A DNA stretch of 61,512 bases from Oculatellaceae cyanobacterium bins.114 (GCA_033764315.1 JANRJA010000228.1:1-61512), one strand, 5' to 3'; positions 11,213 through 22,017 are shown, counted from the stretch's first letter. Notes: generated by a model from the letters alone, not told the origin. Made by a program: numbers and translations.

Positions 11213-11995
11213 GTGACTTGGCTCAAATACTGGCGTGAGACGCTAGCAGTAGCACAACGCATTTTGACAGAATTGCTGCGACGGAGGCGATCGCTCATTT
11301 TTTGGGCAATCTTTCCGATCTCTGTGTTGCTGCTCAACGGCTTCATCCTACAAGAACGCGCCCAATTGAGTCAGGCAGACGCCTTTGAACTGGCCGCTCC
11401 TGCCACACTCGTAGGAGCTGCCTTGTTTTTTAGCTGTTTGGGCGGCAGTGTCTCAACCGTTGTCTCAGAACGAGAACAACACACACTAAAGCGGTTATTC
11501 ATCTCACCCCTCAGCGGCACCTCTTATTTTTTGGGCATTTTTCTGGCTCATTTGTGCATTGGGACAGGTCAAACCCTTCTGGTTTATACACTAGCGGCTC
11601 TTTTGGGGGCACAGTTAAATGGCTCTGTTTTGCTGAGTTTAATCATTTTACTGCTCAGCATTGTGGCGTATGTAGGCGTTGGCTTTATTCTAGGAACCCA
11701 GTTTGCCCGTCGCACTGAAGACGTTAATGCGCTCGTGGCCACCTTTGGGGTGCCGTTACTGATTTTGGGTGGAGTCTTTTTGCCGGCTTCCCTTTTTCCG
11801 GACAGTTTGTTGCAGATCGCAGAGTACAACCCCATCTACCACATGACTGAGGCACTCACTGGGGTGGCTGCAAATGGGGATGACTTAACCGCGATCGCCC
11901 CTCACTTTTGGTTTTTAGTTGGCTTTTCAGGGTTAATGCTGGTGGGTGGATGGCTATCTTACCGTCGCATGATTTGGTTGGAGAGAAGACTGTGA
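11213..11995 (+). CDS. ABC-2 type transporter permease
   Basis: About 6 TM segments; VSEREQHTLKRL; YNPIYH motif. Confidence 0.9.
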   Translation: MTWLKYWRETLAVAQRILTELLRRRRSLIFWAIFPISVLLLNGFILQERAQLSQADAFELAAPATLVGAALFFSCLGGSVSTVVSEREQHTLKRLFISPLSGTSYFLGIFLAHLCIGTGQTLLVYTLAALLGAQLNGSVLLSLIILLLSIVAYVGVGFILGTQFARRTEDVNALVATFGVPLLILGGVFLPASLFPDSLLQIAEYNPIYHMTEALTGVAANGDDLTAIAPHFWFLVGFSGLMLVGGWLSYRRMIWLERRL

Positions 11996-12939
11996 CGCTG
12001 GCACTACAAATTAAGCAACTCAGTAAACGATACGGCGATCGCGCTGTCTTAGAAGACCTATCTCTGGCGATCGCACCGGGCGACATCTACGGTCTGCTTG
12101 GTCCGAATGGGGCAGGCAAAACCACCACAATTAATATCATTTGCAACTTGTTAAGAGCCGATAGCGGCACCGTCAAAGTCAACGGCAAACCTGTCTCCGA
12201 TGCCACCAAAAGCTGGATTGGAGTGGCTCCTCAAGAAAACCTGCTGTATCGATCGCTCACCTGTCGAGAAAACCTCAACTTCTTTGCCCAAATCTACGGC
12301 TTAAGCAAGCGCGATCGGCAACGCCAAGTGCAGATGTGTCTAGAGGCGGTGAATCTAGTTGATCGTGCCAATAGCCCAGTGGAGACCCTAAGCGGGGGCA
12401 TGCAGCGACGACTGAGTATGGCGATCGCCTTGGTGCACCGTCCAAAACTGGTGATTCTCGACGAACCGACGACTGGATTAGATATCGAAGCCCGCTATGA
12501 AATTTGGGAATTAATTAAACGCCTCAAAAATCAGGGCATTACGATCCTGCTCACCACCCACTTATTAGAAGAAGCGGAGCGGCTCTGCCAAAAAATTGGC
12601 ATTCTCAAAGGAGGGCAACTCTTGGCAGAGGGAACACTAGCTGACTTGCGAGAACGCATCGCTGCCCAAGAAATTGTCGTCGTTCACACATCTGATGAAC
12701 CTGCGGCGATCGCCCGTGCTCGTGAACATGGCTTTAAACCTCGTCGCTATGGGGGTGAACTTGCCTTTTGGCTTCCCGATCCCCTAGAGCTAAAAGACAT
12801 CCTCCATCGGTTTGAGGGTATTCCTCTCGACTCTATCTCACGCCAACCTGTCCGCCTTGAGCATATTTATGTTGAAATTACTCAGGGTGCTCCCACCGAG
12901 TTCTTTGTTCCTGAAGGTGTTGCTGACCCCTGGGAGTAG
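11992..12939 (+). CDS. ABC transporter ATP-binding protein
   Basis: GPNGAGKT, LSGGM, ILDEP. GTG 11992 overlaps the permease stop codon. Confidence 0.92.
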   Translation: MTLALQIKQLSKRYGDRAVLEDLSLAIAPGDIYGLLGPNGAGKTTTINIICNLLRADSGTVKVNGKPVSDATKSWIGVAPQENLLYRSLTCRENLNFFAQIYGLSKRDRQRQVQMCLEAVNLVDRANSPVETLSGGMQRRLSMAIALVHRPKLVILDEPTTGLDIEARYEIWELIKRLKNQGITILLTTHLLEEAERLCQKIGILKGGQLLAEGTLADLRERIAAQEIVVVHTSDEPAAIARAREHGFKPRRYGGELAFWLPDPLELKDILHRFEGIPLDSISRQPVRLEHIYVEITQGAPTEFFVPEGVADPWE

Positions 12940-13390
12940 CAGACGAAACCATCCGATCAGAATTAGCAGGGCGATTTCTCATTTGAAAAGATGGCGGCTT
13001 AAAGCGATCTTTACGCTCTAACAGCCGCTTAATCTGCCCAATCATTTCCACCGCACTCGTCTGCTTACTTAACAGAGCGTCTGCTTCAGGACAAATATCG
13101 GCGGCGTGGTTAATTAATTCTTCTGTAAAAAAGCTGGAGATTAACACCAAGAGTGGGGGGTTTTGAAGACGCCGCTTAACCTGACAAATCACTTCAGGGC
13201 CATCCATGCCAGCTTGGTAGCGAGGTCCCGGCATGGAAAAATCAACCAGCACCAGATCAAACCGAGCCGCCTGACGGAGAAATGTCTGCACATCGGTAAA
13301 GGTAGATACGGTATACCCCTCTTGTTGCAACCGTAGTGCTAAAACAAAGCACCACGACTCGTTATCATCAACAATGGCAAAGCGATACAT
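12878..13390 (-). CDS. Single-domain response regulator (receiver)
   Basis: AIVDD...LVLVDFSMPG receiver motifs; ATG 13390. Confidence 0.8.
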   Translation of the reverse strand: MYRFAIVDDNESWCFVLALRLQQEGYTVSTFTDVQTFLRQAARFDLVLVDFSMPGPRYQAGMDGPEVICQVKRRLQNPPLLVLISSFFTEELINHAADICPEADALLSKQTSAVEMIGQIKRLLERKDRFKPPSFQMRNRPANSDRMVSSATPRGQQHLQEQRTRWEHPE

Positions 13391-14243
13391 AAGGCAAAAT
13401 GTCAAAGGTTTTTCATTTGTCTCTATCTCTTTTACTCAACGAGCTAACAGAGTGTTAACTGTCTTAAGAAGGAACTCTAAAGTGAAGCAGATTCCCTGAT
13501 CTATTAAACCTTCTAAGCAAATTGACTTTTGCCTTAGAAAATTGATTTAAATATTAGGAGAATTTTTTCGGGAGCAATCCTGAATTAGAGGTTAGATGAG
13601 TGGATTGTGAGAAGATAGCTCCAATCTTCTACTGGTTAGAGAAGCTTTGTGAGCATCTTTAAGACTGCATTCAGACCTTAAGGAATAAATGTTTGAAGCA
13701 TTAAAAGGAAATAAAACAAGTAGTTATCAAATAGTTTTAGAGGATGAATAAAAAATAATAGTGCTAGTCCATCAGCTTAAACCAGTCCCTTGTAAATTTT
13801 GCAAAGCCAAAATTAGAGTAATTTAATAACTCAATCAACAAACTCAAATAACCTATAAAAATAAAAATAAAGTTTGTGAAAATCTAATATTTTTTAATCA
13901 CTGGCTAATAGGTATTGCAATACCAGAACACAGGAGACAAGTCTGCAACAAATGAGATATCGCTTTTTGTGAAAGGAATGTGGGCGATCGCCTGACTACC
14001 CCTTGATCAAGCACTCCACCCATTGCGATATCAATCAAGGGCTTTTCTTTTAGTTTTGAATAGAGAAATAATAAAACATAAAATTTGACACAAACCCTGC
14101 GTTTGTGCCATAAATTGGCGTATTCTTAACAGATGTCATGTACCTAAAGATAGAAGATGATAGTTGTAGTTAAGCGATGGGTATCTTAACTGCTAATTCA
14201 TGACCGCAGTCTATCGCGCCGTTTAGAGACAGTTCAGCAAGCA

Positions 14244-15266
14244 ATGACTCACCTTACAAGCCAATTGCAACAGTGGAATCAGCGTCGTAGTGAGGCAAGA
14301 AACCACTATCGACGAGGTCAATTTAAAGAATATTTGCTTCTCTCTAAAGAGAATTTGAGATTAGCTCGAGAGATTCAAGATTTCTCAAAAGAAGGCAATG
14401 TATTGAATGATATAGGTTTAGCTTACATCAGTTGCCAGCAGCCTCAAAAAGCACTGAAATTCTTTCATCAAGCTTTATTTATTGCCGAAAAGTTAGAGAA
14501 TCAGCAAGCGATCGCCACAGCTCGCAGCAATCTAGGGTTTACTTATAACCATTTGGGGCAATTGTCGCGATCGCTGGAGCATCTCAATGAGGCGATTTCT
14601 ATCTTCAGAGAGTTAAAAGATACCTCTGGAGAGCTTTCTGCGCTCAACAATTTGGCATTGGTTTACACCAAACTAGAGGAACCCAAACGTGCTTTGTTGT
14701 TGCACCACCAAATTTTAGATATGCGCCGAATGTTGGGCGATTTCTCTGGGGAAGCAACCACTCTCAACAGCATTGGCTTTACTTATAACGCTCTGGGGCA
14801 ACCTGAACAGGCACTTGCCTTCTTCCAAGAGGCTTTAACCATTCAACGAGTGGTCAAGAACGTTACAGGGGAAGCCATCACGATGAACAACATCGCCTCT
14901 GTCTACTGTGATTTAGGTGAACCTCACCAAGCCTTACTGCTTTATCACCAGGTTTTGTTAAATCGTCGAGCAACGGGCGATCGCGCTGGAGAAGCCACAA
15001 CATTGCACAATATCGGTTTCACCTATAACTCCCTTGACAATCATGTCGAGGCTCTAGAGTTTTATAATCAAGCCCTGGTGATTTACCGAGAACTGGGCGA
15101 TCGCCCAGGTGAGGTGATGACCCTGCTCAACATGGGCACCGTTTATGCTGCAACAGACCTACGCAGTTTGGCAAGAGCTTTGTATGAGGAGGCTCAGGGA
15201 GTTGTAAAGCAGATTGACTATGACCCTCTCGCTCAAAAAGTGCAGAAATTTATCGATAGTCTGTAG
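14244..15266 (+). CDS. Tetratricopeptide repeat protein
   Basis: Repeated GEATTLNNIG...Y..LG motifs. Confidence 0.9.
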   Translation: MTHLTSQLQQWNQRRSEARNHYRRGQFKEYLLLSKENLRLAREIQDFSKEGNVLNDIGLAYISCQQPQKALKFFHQALFIAEKLENQQAIATARSNLGFTYNHLGQLSRSLEHLNEAISIFRELKDTSGELSALNNLALVYTKLEEPKRALLLHHQILDMRRMLGDFSGEATTLNSIGFTYNALGQPEQALAFFQEALTIQRVVKNVTGEAITMNNIASVYCDLGEPHQALLLYHQVLLNRRATGDRAGEATTLHNIGFTYNSLDNHVEALEFYNQALVIYRELGDRPGEVMTLLNMGTVYAATDLRSLARALYEEAQGVVKQIDYDPLAQKVQKFIDSL

Positions 15267-15289
15267 TCTTTTAAGAACGTCGAACAATC

Positions 15290-15994
15290 CTATAAGGCGG
15301 CTTCATAGGGGCGTGTTGGGGCAGCCTCCCCAACTCGTTCTAACTGCTGTAGAGAGTTGAGCGACAGAAAGCCAAATCCAACTTTTGAGGCGAGATCTAG
15401 CACCGTATAGCTCATCGTTTCGTATCCCTGGCTGAAGACACCCAATCCTGTGCTCGCCAAAATCCACACGACTGGATAAAGTGTCCATAAAATTACATGG
15501 GCAGTCAATAACTTACGAAACACCTTCTTAGAACGGGGATGTTTTTGCTCGGCTTCAAGACGGTAAGGATTGAGTAACAAGTACAGAGTGGCTAGAAATG
15601 CTGCACAACTGACGATGTACCAGATGTAGTTGGTGGGTTTAGGAGAGATTGTTGCAACAAACCCAGTAACGATCATATAGGCGTTTGCTCCAATCAAACT
15701 ACCTGTGGTCAATGTTCGAGTACGACCTAAAAAGGCTAAATCGAGGAGCAATAGGGGCGTAGAGCAAAACCAGGTGACATAGCGAACCCAAAAGGTGGGG
15801 CGATCGAAGATGATCCGGGTGCCCTGCCCCAATGCCATAGCCAAATATAATCCGCCTGCAATCAAGCAGATAAAAAAATTGAGGGTAAAAAGGATTTGCC
15901 AACGTTCGCTTTTAGCGTGATGTGCACCCAAGCCAAACACAAGGCTGCCAAGCGTCATCCCAGTAACACCAATCCAGAGCCAAGTTTGAACCAT
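15290..15994 (-). CDS. Cyanobacterial halorhodopsin (TSD-motif chloride pump, MrHR/SyHR type)
   Basis: 7 TM; helix C RYVTWFCSTPLLLLD gives T-S-D at the BR 85/89/96 positions; retinal Lys in DLASKVGFG; His in HVILW. Confidence 0.92.
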   Translation of the reverse strand: MVQTWLWIGVTGMTLGSLVFGLGAHHAKSERWQILFTLNFFICLIAGGLYLAMALGQGTRIIFDRPTFWVRYVTWFCSTPLLLLDLAFLGRTRTLTTGSLIGANAYMIVTGFVATISPKPTNYIWYIVSCAAFLATLYLLLNPYRLEAEQKHPRSKKVFRKLLTAHVILWTLYPVVWILASTGLGVFSQGYETMSYTVLDLASKVGFGFLSLNSLQQLERVGEAAPTRPYEAAL

Positions 15995-16318
15995 AAAATT
16001 GCTAAATAATTTCTAGATGAAGTATTTCTGGATAAATCAGTCAGCAGTAACAAGTAACCGAGTCAGTAGCCAAGACAGTTAATTTTTAGTGTTTCAATTG
16101 ATCCGCAATTCGACATGTTTCTAAAGAATGATTTCGTTCGATAGAGCTGGAAATCCTGTTTCTCTATCATCGGTTCGACTTATTTCACTCTTTCAATAGA
16201 CAATTATTTTGCTTTTTCTTTTTATGATTATCAGAGATTAGAACGCTTTCTACTCTTTTGCCACTTGTTTTGCTATTTACAGCGTCTTCTCTAATTCCTC
16301 AATCAGGATAATTTTTTT

Positions 16319-17185
16319 ATGGTACGGCGTAATTCACCGTTTAACGATCTTGAACAATCTGTTCAAAATACTATTTCTCATCCCTGGTTTGAACGGTTAG
16401 CCCGGTTGGGTTACGCTGCAAAGGGATTAGTTTACTTTGTGGTTGGGTTGCTGGCACTGCAAGCTGCCATCGGTACTGGAGGTCAAACAACTGATACAAG
16501 TGGGGCGTTAGAGGCGATCGTTGCTCAACCCTTTGGAAAATCTCTTTTAGTGATTGTGGCGATCGGTTTGGTGGGATATGTGCTCTGGCGTGTTGTTCAA
16601 ACGGTGTTAGATCCAGAAAGCTCTGGACAACACCTTGATGCTAAACATGTAGTTCAACGAATTGGATATGCGTTTAGTGCGATAGCGTATACGGGATTGG
16701 CTGCAACTGCAATCAAACTGATCTCTGGATCGGGTAGCAGTAGTTTGAGTGGCAGTGGTGGAGACACTACTCAAGATTGGACGGCTCGATTTTTGGCTCA
16801 ACCGTTTGGTCAGTGGTTAGTTGGCATTGCAGGAGTGATTGCGATCGCCGTTGGTATTTCCTATCTTTATGAGGCTTATAAAGCAAAGTTTCGGCGTCAT
16901 CTGAACCTCAGTACGTTGAATGCTAAACAACAAACCTGGGCAGTGCGATCGGGCAGATTTGGCATTGGGTCGCGTGGCATCGTATTTGGTATTATTGGCA
17001 TCTTTTTTGTGCAAGCTGCAATCCGTTCTAACCCCAACGAGGCAAAAGGGCTAGGCACTGCATTAGCCGCTTTAGCACAACAGCCTTTTGGCCCCTGGTT
17101 GTTAGGGTTAGTGGCTTTAGGATTGATTGCCTACAGCATTTATTCTCTAATCGAAGCTCGTTATCGCAGCTTTAGTCCTTCTTAA
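16319..17185 (+). CDS. DUF1206 membrane protein
   Basis: LARLGYAAKGLVY and repeated QPFG motifs. Confidence 0.85.
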   Translation: MVRRNSPFNDLEQSVQNTISHPWFERLARLGYAAKGLVYFVVGLLALQAAIGTGGQTTDTSGALEAIVAQPFGKSLLVIVAIGLVGYVLWRVVQTVLDPESSGQHLDAKHVVQRIGYAFSAIAYTGLAATAIKLISGSGSSSLSGSGGDTTQDWTARFLAQPFGQWLVGIAGVIAIAVGISYLYEAYKAKFRRHLNLSTLNAKQQTWAVRSGRFGIGSRGIVFGIIGIFFVQAAIRSNPNEAKGLGTALAALAQQPFGPWLLGLVALGLIAYSIYSLIEARYRSFSPS

Positions 17186-17250
17186 CAAAACAGATATTTA
17201 GGAGCACGCCGTTCAGACCTTAAATTCTCTCAAGCCTGGATGAGGATTTG

Positions 17251-17334
17251 GGTTTCGGCTTCGCTCAACCCTCCTCCAGGACAAATTTTGGACATTGAGC
17301 GGCTGATCCTGAGTAAGTTGGATGGGAAGCGAAA
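17251..17334. repeat. REP-like element, family F (TTCGRCTTCGCTCAAC); related copies at 20692-20759 and 60944-60995
   Basis: Shared GCTCAAC/TTGAGC palindromic arms in three intergenic regions. Confidence 0.55.
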
Positions 17335-17354
17335 TGCGTCTTGCAATTAATACT

Positions 17355-17412
17355 ATTTCTAAAAATTTGGGCTACACATCAATCTCTTCATAGGAGTGTT
17401 TTGCGAAACGCC
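17355..17412. repeat. REP-like element, family D (degenerate copy)
   Basis: ATTTCTAAAAATTTGGGCTACAC...GCGAAACGCC matches 40693-40763 and 45908-45978. Confidence 0.65.
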
Positions 17413-17480
17413 TTTCACAACCCATTTGGAATTATTGTCTATCTCTATTCAACATAGCTAACTTCTGATTTGAGAGCTTC

Positions 17481-18323
17481 TCAGGTGTGATGGTTTTGGG
17501 GTTGTATATTACGGGCCGTTAAACCAAACTTGCCTTCAACTAACTCAAACTTGACTAGAGTGCCAGCTTGTAGAGTGCGATAGCCCTCACCCGGAATGGC
17601 AGTGAAGTTAAAGAAGACCTCTGCTGCTTCAGGGGTCTGAGCAATCATGCCGTTGCCTGTTTTGAGATCAAACCACTGCACAATTCCTTTCGCTACAGGT
17701 AATCCGTTTGCCCCTAAAGGGGGTGCGCCGTTTAACCACTCCTGCTGAGGAATCCGAATTTGCTTTACTTCAGGTGTGTTGTAGGCTTCATAACAGTAAT
17801 CAGAACGGGTTGCCATAATGGCTCGCAAATCATGCCGCAGTTCCTCAACGGTAGGGCGACCGACAAAAAACCATCCGTTGTAAATCTTGTGAATCGTCAA
17901 ATCCGATCGCAGCACAAAAGTATAGGGTTGAGAGCGATAGGCATATTCGCCTTCAGTTTCATCCAGAATATTAATTTGTTGAATCAACCCTCGCTTTTCA
18001 TCGCATAGAAACGGCCATTGTGCCCCTAATCCGGCTCGGAATGCAGCTTGCACTAATGGTGGGTCAACCCCAATCGTCGCTAATTTGCTATAGTTAACGG
18101 CTAATTCGGTTTGAAACTGCACTAGTTGAGATAGTTGTTGGAGATCGCGCGGACAGAAAAAACCTCGGTAGAACACTAGGATTAACGGATAGCCATCGGT
18201 AAATCCAAGATGCTGATCCATTAAGCCAGATTGGGTTAAGCCAGATAGTTTTGTCACCTTATTTTCATGATTGGGCAATTCAGCATCGGGAAAGCGATCG
18301 CCGATTTGCAGAGTTGTGGTCAT
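17481..18323 (-). CDS. Redoxin (AhpC/TSA-like) domain fused to a C-terminal cold-shock domain
   Basis: LQIGDRFPD...FYRGFFCPRD thioredoxin-fold start; C-terminus KGIVQWFD...EVFFNFTAI.GEGYRTL..G..VKFELVEG is CSD-like. Confidence 0.8.
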   Translation of the reverse strand: MTTTLQIGDRFPDAELPNHENKVTKLSGLTQSGLMDQHLGFTDGYPLILVFYRGFFCPRDLQQLSQLVQFQTELAVNYSKLATIGVDPPLVQAAFRAGLGAQWPFLCDEKRGLIQQINILDETEGEYAYRSQPYTFVLRSDLTIHKIYNGWFFVGRPTVEELRHDLRAIMATRSDYCYEAYNTPEVKQIRIPQQEWLNGAPPLGANGLPVAKGIVQWFDLKTGNGMIAQTPEAAEVFFNFTAIPGEGYRTLQAGTLVKFELVEGKFGLTARNIQPQNHHT

Positions 18324-18455
18324 GGGATTTAAAGAGATTGAAGAATATTTAGAACCTTTAACGTCTCCAGAAATTCGAGCAATGGTTAACCAACAAATCA
18401 GTGAGTAAGGCGATCGCCTAGATTTAGGGTGAACTCATACAACCCAATACAGCTT

Positions 18456-19949
18456 TTAGGCGATCGCCCGCTGATAAAACTGGGTCATTTCACCCAACCA
18501 TTGTTGTCGAGAAGCTTCCCAGGTATAGAACATGTGCCCCCCTTGGAAATGTTGGATGGTTAAATTGGGACGAATCTCTGGATCGAGTTTCATCAAATCT
18601 GCAAGATGATTAGAGGAAAAATAGGGTGTGACCAAATCAAACAAACCGTGGGTGATATAAACCTGCATATAAGGATTGAGCGTCATTCCCACCCGGAGAT
18701 CATCCACCGCACCGATAAAGCCTTGTTTTAGACCACCTTTGAATTCAAACTTCCAGGCTTTGAAGGTGTCGAAATTGAGCAGATGATAGGGCAAATTTGT
18801 TTCAACCCCCAAAGTACTACGTAAATGACTGTTAATTGCGCCGGTAAACAACCGATCCAGACCGTCTAAGGTTGGATCAGTGCCCTCATACAGGGGGCGA
18901 TCGGGAAAGGGATCGATCGCTGTAATAGAGGCATCATACAACCCCACAATGCGCTGCTGGTCACGAAGCAGTTCTCTAGCAAATACCTCTATACCAATCC
19001 GTCCAGCGTGGCGGGCGATTAACGTCACGGGCAACCCAATCAACTCTGCATATTGTTGATAAGCCTGTTGCCGTTCCTCACTTGGCAGCGCATCTCCCAT
19101 CGCCAAAAGCGGAATCAAGGTTTTGCGAGCAAACAATTCAGCGGCAGCGAGATGGGCTTGCAGGTCTTTGCCTGCCAGTTGTACACGATTGTGATGAGCC
19201 GCTGCACCAGCCATTGAAGGAAGCACCGTTGCCCAAGCTGTCAAGTTGTAATCAGTTCCTTCTAACAAACTGAACTCTAGAGCCGGTGAAATCAGAATGG
19301 CACCCGATAGCCCTACTCCAAAGTCTTGTTGCAGTTTACGTGCCAGTTTTGCAACTCGAAACCCACCATAACTTTCACCTGCAATAAAAATGGGAGATAG
19401 CCAACGATTGTGTTTTGAGAGGAAGGTCTGAATGAACTCTGCCAGAGCTTTTAAGTCTCGTTCTACTTCCCAAAATTCAGTCTCTTTTTCTTCTGGCTTT
19501 TCAGATTCCGACTTTTCAGATTTTGTCTTCTCATCGTCTTTTTCGGGTGACACGGCTCGACTAAACCCCGTTCCCACCGGATCGATAAATACCAAATCTG
19601 TGAAGCTCAACCCACTTTCTAAATTGTCTACTACTTTAACGGGGGGTTGAGGCAAGGTGCCTTGCACACCAAACGCGACCCGCTTTGGGCCTAATGCACC
19701 CATGTGCAAGTAAGCAGAAGCGGCACCTGGGCCACCATTAAACACAAAAGTGAGGGGACGGGGGGTAGCAGTTTGATGGTCTGCTAGGTACGCTACATGA
19801 AAGATTTCAGCAACTACTTTCTCACGCTCATACAGAGGTTGCCATGCGGTGATCGCAGTGTAATTAATGGCTCCACTGGGTAGAGGGAGAACGTGCTGGG
19901 TTGTGCTGGATTGACGAGTCGTAGATGGATTTGAATCAGACATGATCAT
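18456..19949 (-). CDS. Serine carboxypeptidase, peptidase S10 family
   Basis: NGGPG, DPVGTGFS, GESYGG nucleophile, GGHMFY. Confidence 0.92.
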   Translation of the reverse strand: MIMSDSNPSTTRQSSTTQHVLPLPSGAINYTAITAWQPLYEREKVVAEIFHVAYLADHQTATPRPLTFVFNGGPGAASAYLHMGALGPKRVAFGVQGTLPQPPVKVVDNLESGLSFTDLVFIDPVGTGFSRAVSPEKDDEKTKSEKSESEKPEEKETEFWEVERDLKALAEFIQTFLSKHNRWLSPIFIAGESYGGFRVAKLARKLQQDFGVGLSGAILISPALEFSLLEGTDYNLTAWATVLPSMAGAAAHHNRVQLAGKDLQAHLAAAELFARKTLIPLLAMGDALPSEERQQAYQQYAELIGLPVTLIARHAGRIGIEVFARELLRDQQRIVGLYDASITAIDPFPDRPLYEGTDPTLDGLDRLFTGAINSHLRSTLGVETNLPYHLLNFDTFKAWKFEFKGGLKQGFIGAVDDLRVGMTLNPYMQVYITHGLFDLVTPYFSSNHLADLMKLDPEIRPNLTIQHFQGGHMFYTWEASRQQWLGEMTQFYQRAIA

Positions 19950-20071
19950 GCTTTAAACGTCAGCCAATCTCTCAAGTATCTCAATCATGAATGGTAAGCC
20001 GTGAAATCAGTTGACCTGACGCTACCGCTCACAACGTAGGATCAATAGTACGATTTTTCTTTGGGTTATTC

Positions 20072-20416
20072 ATGATTTTTCACATTACAACGCGATCGCA
20101 CTGGCAACAGGCTCAATCTTTAGGTGAATATCGCGCCCCCAGTTTGGATACAGAAGGGTTTATCCATTGCTCTAAGGCCGATCAAGTCGTCTGGGTAGCG
20201 AACCAGTTTTATCAAAATAGTCCAGAGTTAGTGCTGCTATGCATTGATCCAAATCGGCTCACGGCTAAGCTGTGCTATGACGCGATCGAAACAGGTGACT
20301 ACTTCCCGCATCTCTATGGAGCACTCAATCTAGATGCGGTGACTCAGGCGATCGCCTTTCCACCTCTTTCCGATGGCACCTTTGCACTGCCTACAGGTGT
20401 CTCTGATAGCCCTTAA
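20072..20416 (+). CDS. DUF952 family protein
   Basis: IFHIT, EGFIHCS, FPHLYG. Confidence 0.9.
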   Translation: MIFHITTRSHWQQAQSLGEYRAPSLDTEGFIHCSKADQVVWVANQFYQNSPELVLLCIDPNRLTAKLCYDAIETGDYFPHLYGALNLDAVTQAIAFPPLSDGTFALPTGVSDSP

Positions 20417-20802
20417 TGCTATTCAGCAAATCGTCTCAGGCAATCCTGATCGCACCTTAAATTGCCGAATCGTTGGTCAGGCTTGTTTGTGAAGGGAGTG
20501 GCGATCGCCTGGTATAGCTATCAAGGAGAATTGAGAAAACTGTTATGAACTCAATCAAGACATTATGGGTCAGTACTCACTTGATCACAAATGCCTGGGT
20601 AATTGAGCCATTTGGACTGGCAAGCGTTGCGATCGACCCCAGCACTCAAGTTGTAACTGCTACACCCTCACCCTAACACCCCTGCCCCGATCCGCTTCAG
20701 GACAAGCCGCTCAACGTTCGCAATCTCTCTGTCAGCAGGTTGAGCAGAGTCGAAACCCCAAACTCTTGAGCCACCAGATGACAGGCGATCGCTTCACCCC
20801 GG

Positions 20803-22017
20803 TTATCGCTTCACCACAGCCCATTGGGTGACAGGAGCCATTGCCTTCCAGCCCAAAAATTTGCCGATCGGTTCTGCTCGTTGAATGGCAATGCGGCTCA
20901 GTTCACCTCCCCATTGGTGTTGCCACTGAAACAGCATTGATTCACCTTCAACCGTGACCGCATTGGCAACCAGACGACCTCCTGGACAGAGTGCCTGCCA
21001 ACAGGTTTCAAACAAATTAGGGGTGGTCAATCCGCCGCCAATAAAAACTGCATCGGGTTCTGGAAGCTCTTTGAGGGCGATCGGGGCTTCTCCTGCAACG
21101 ATTTTGAGATGGGGAACGCCCAATGCAGTAGCATTATCGGCCATATATTGCAGGCGAGTAGGATGCGACTCTATGGCGATCGCCTCACATCTGCGGTGAC
21201 TCCGCATCCACTCAATGCTGATGGAGCCACAACCCGCACCGACATCCCACAGTAGTTGTCCAGGGAGGGGGGCAAGGGCAGATAGGGTGACGGCACGAAC
21301 CTCTCGCTTGGTGAGTTGGCCATCATGGTGATAAGCGGCGTCGGGGAGTCCGGGGGAGTGTGGGGAGTGTGGCTCGACTACACGTGCTAAACGAGGAGTC
21401 GCGATCGCGATCGTGTTGAGGTCGGCGAGATCAGTAACAGTCCAGGTGGCAGCAGTGCCTTGGATAATGCGTTCGTGCATACCGCCCAGGCGTTCTAAAA
21501 CGATGATTTGACTGTCACCATAGCCCTGTTGAGTTAACAGTTGAGCGACCGTTGCAGGGGTGGAGCGATCGGCACTGAGGATCAGGATTTGGGCACCCGG
21601 ATAAAGCACCGCCTTTAACAAAGCTGGATCACGCCCACACAAACTGAGGGTTTCTACTCTGGTGAGTGACCAACCGAGGCGAGCACAGGCAAGGCTAAAG
21701 GCGGAGGGAGCCGGAACAATGGTCATTTCTGTCATGGGTATGCGGCGGGTAAACGTAACCCCAATGCCATAACACATGGGATCACCACTGCCGAGGACAC
21801 AAACCATCTGTCCGCGACGTTGAACAACTTGACTTAAGGATGCCTTGATGGGAGAAGTCCAAAGCAGTTTCTCTCGTGTATCGCCGGTTGGCAGCATGTC
21901 AAGATGGCGTTTTCCTCCGACTACGACGGTCGCTTGAGCCAGGAGCGATCGCCCCACTTCATTCAATCCCGCCAGTCCATCTTCTCCAATACCCACAATC
22001 GACAGCCACTTTTGCAT
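20803..22017 (-). CDS. cobL: Bifunctional precorrin-6Y C5,15-methyltransferase CbiE/CbiT (CobL)
   Basis: IVGIGEDG, SGDPMCYGIG, QLTKREVR, WDVGAGCGS; likely start MQKWLS at 22017. Confidence 0.93.
   Translation of the reverse strand: MQKWLSIVGIGEDGLAGLNEVGRSLLAQATVVVGGKRHLDMLPTGDTREKLLWTSPIKASLSQVVQRRGQMVCVLGSGDPMCYGIGVTFTRRIPMTEMTIVPAPSAFSLACARLGWSLTRVETLSLCGRDPALLKAVLYPGAQILILSADRSTPATVAQLLTQQGYGDSQIIVLERLGGMHERIIQGTAATWTVTDLADLNTIAIATPRLARVVEPHSPHSPGLPDAAYHHDGQLTKREVRAVTLSALAPLPGQLLWDVGAGCGSISIEWMRSHRRCEAIAIESHPTRLQYMADNATALGVPHLKIVAGEAPIALKELPEPDAVFIGGGLTTPNLFETCWQALCPGGRLVANAVTVEGESMLFQWQHQWGGELSRIAIQRAEPIGKFLGWKAMAPVTQWAVVKR

Noticed and set aside
15290..15994. Anabaena sensory rhodopsin, xenorhodopsin or proton pump
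   Set aside because: Helix C motif is TSD (no Asp at the 85 position) and there is no transducer gene.
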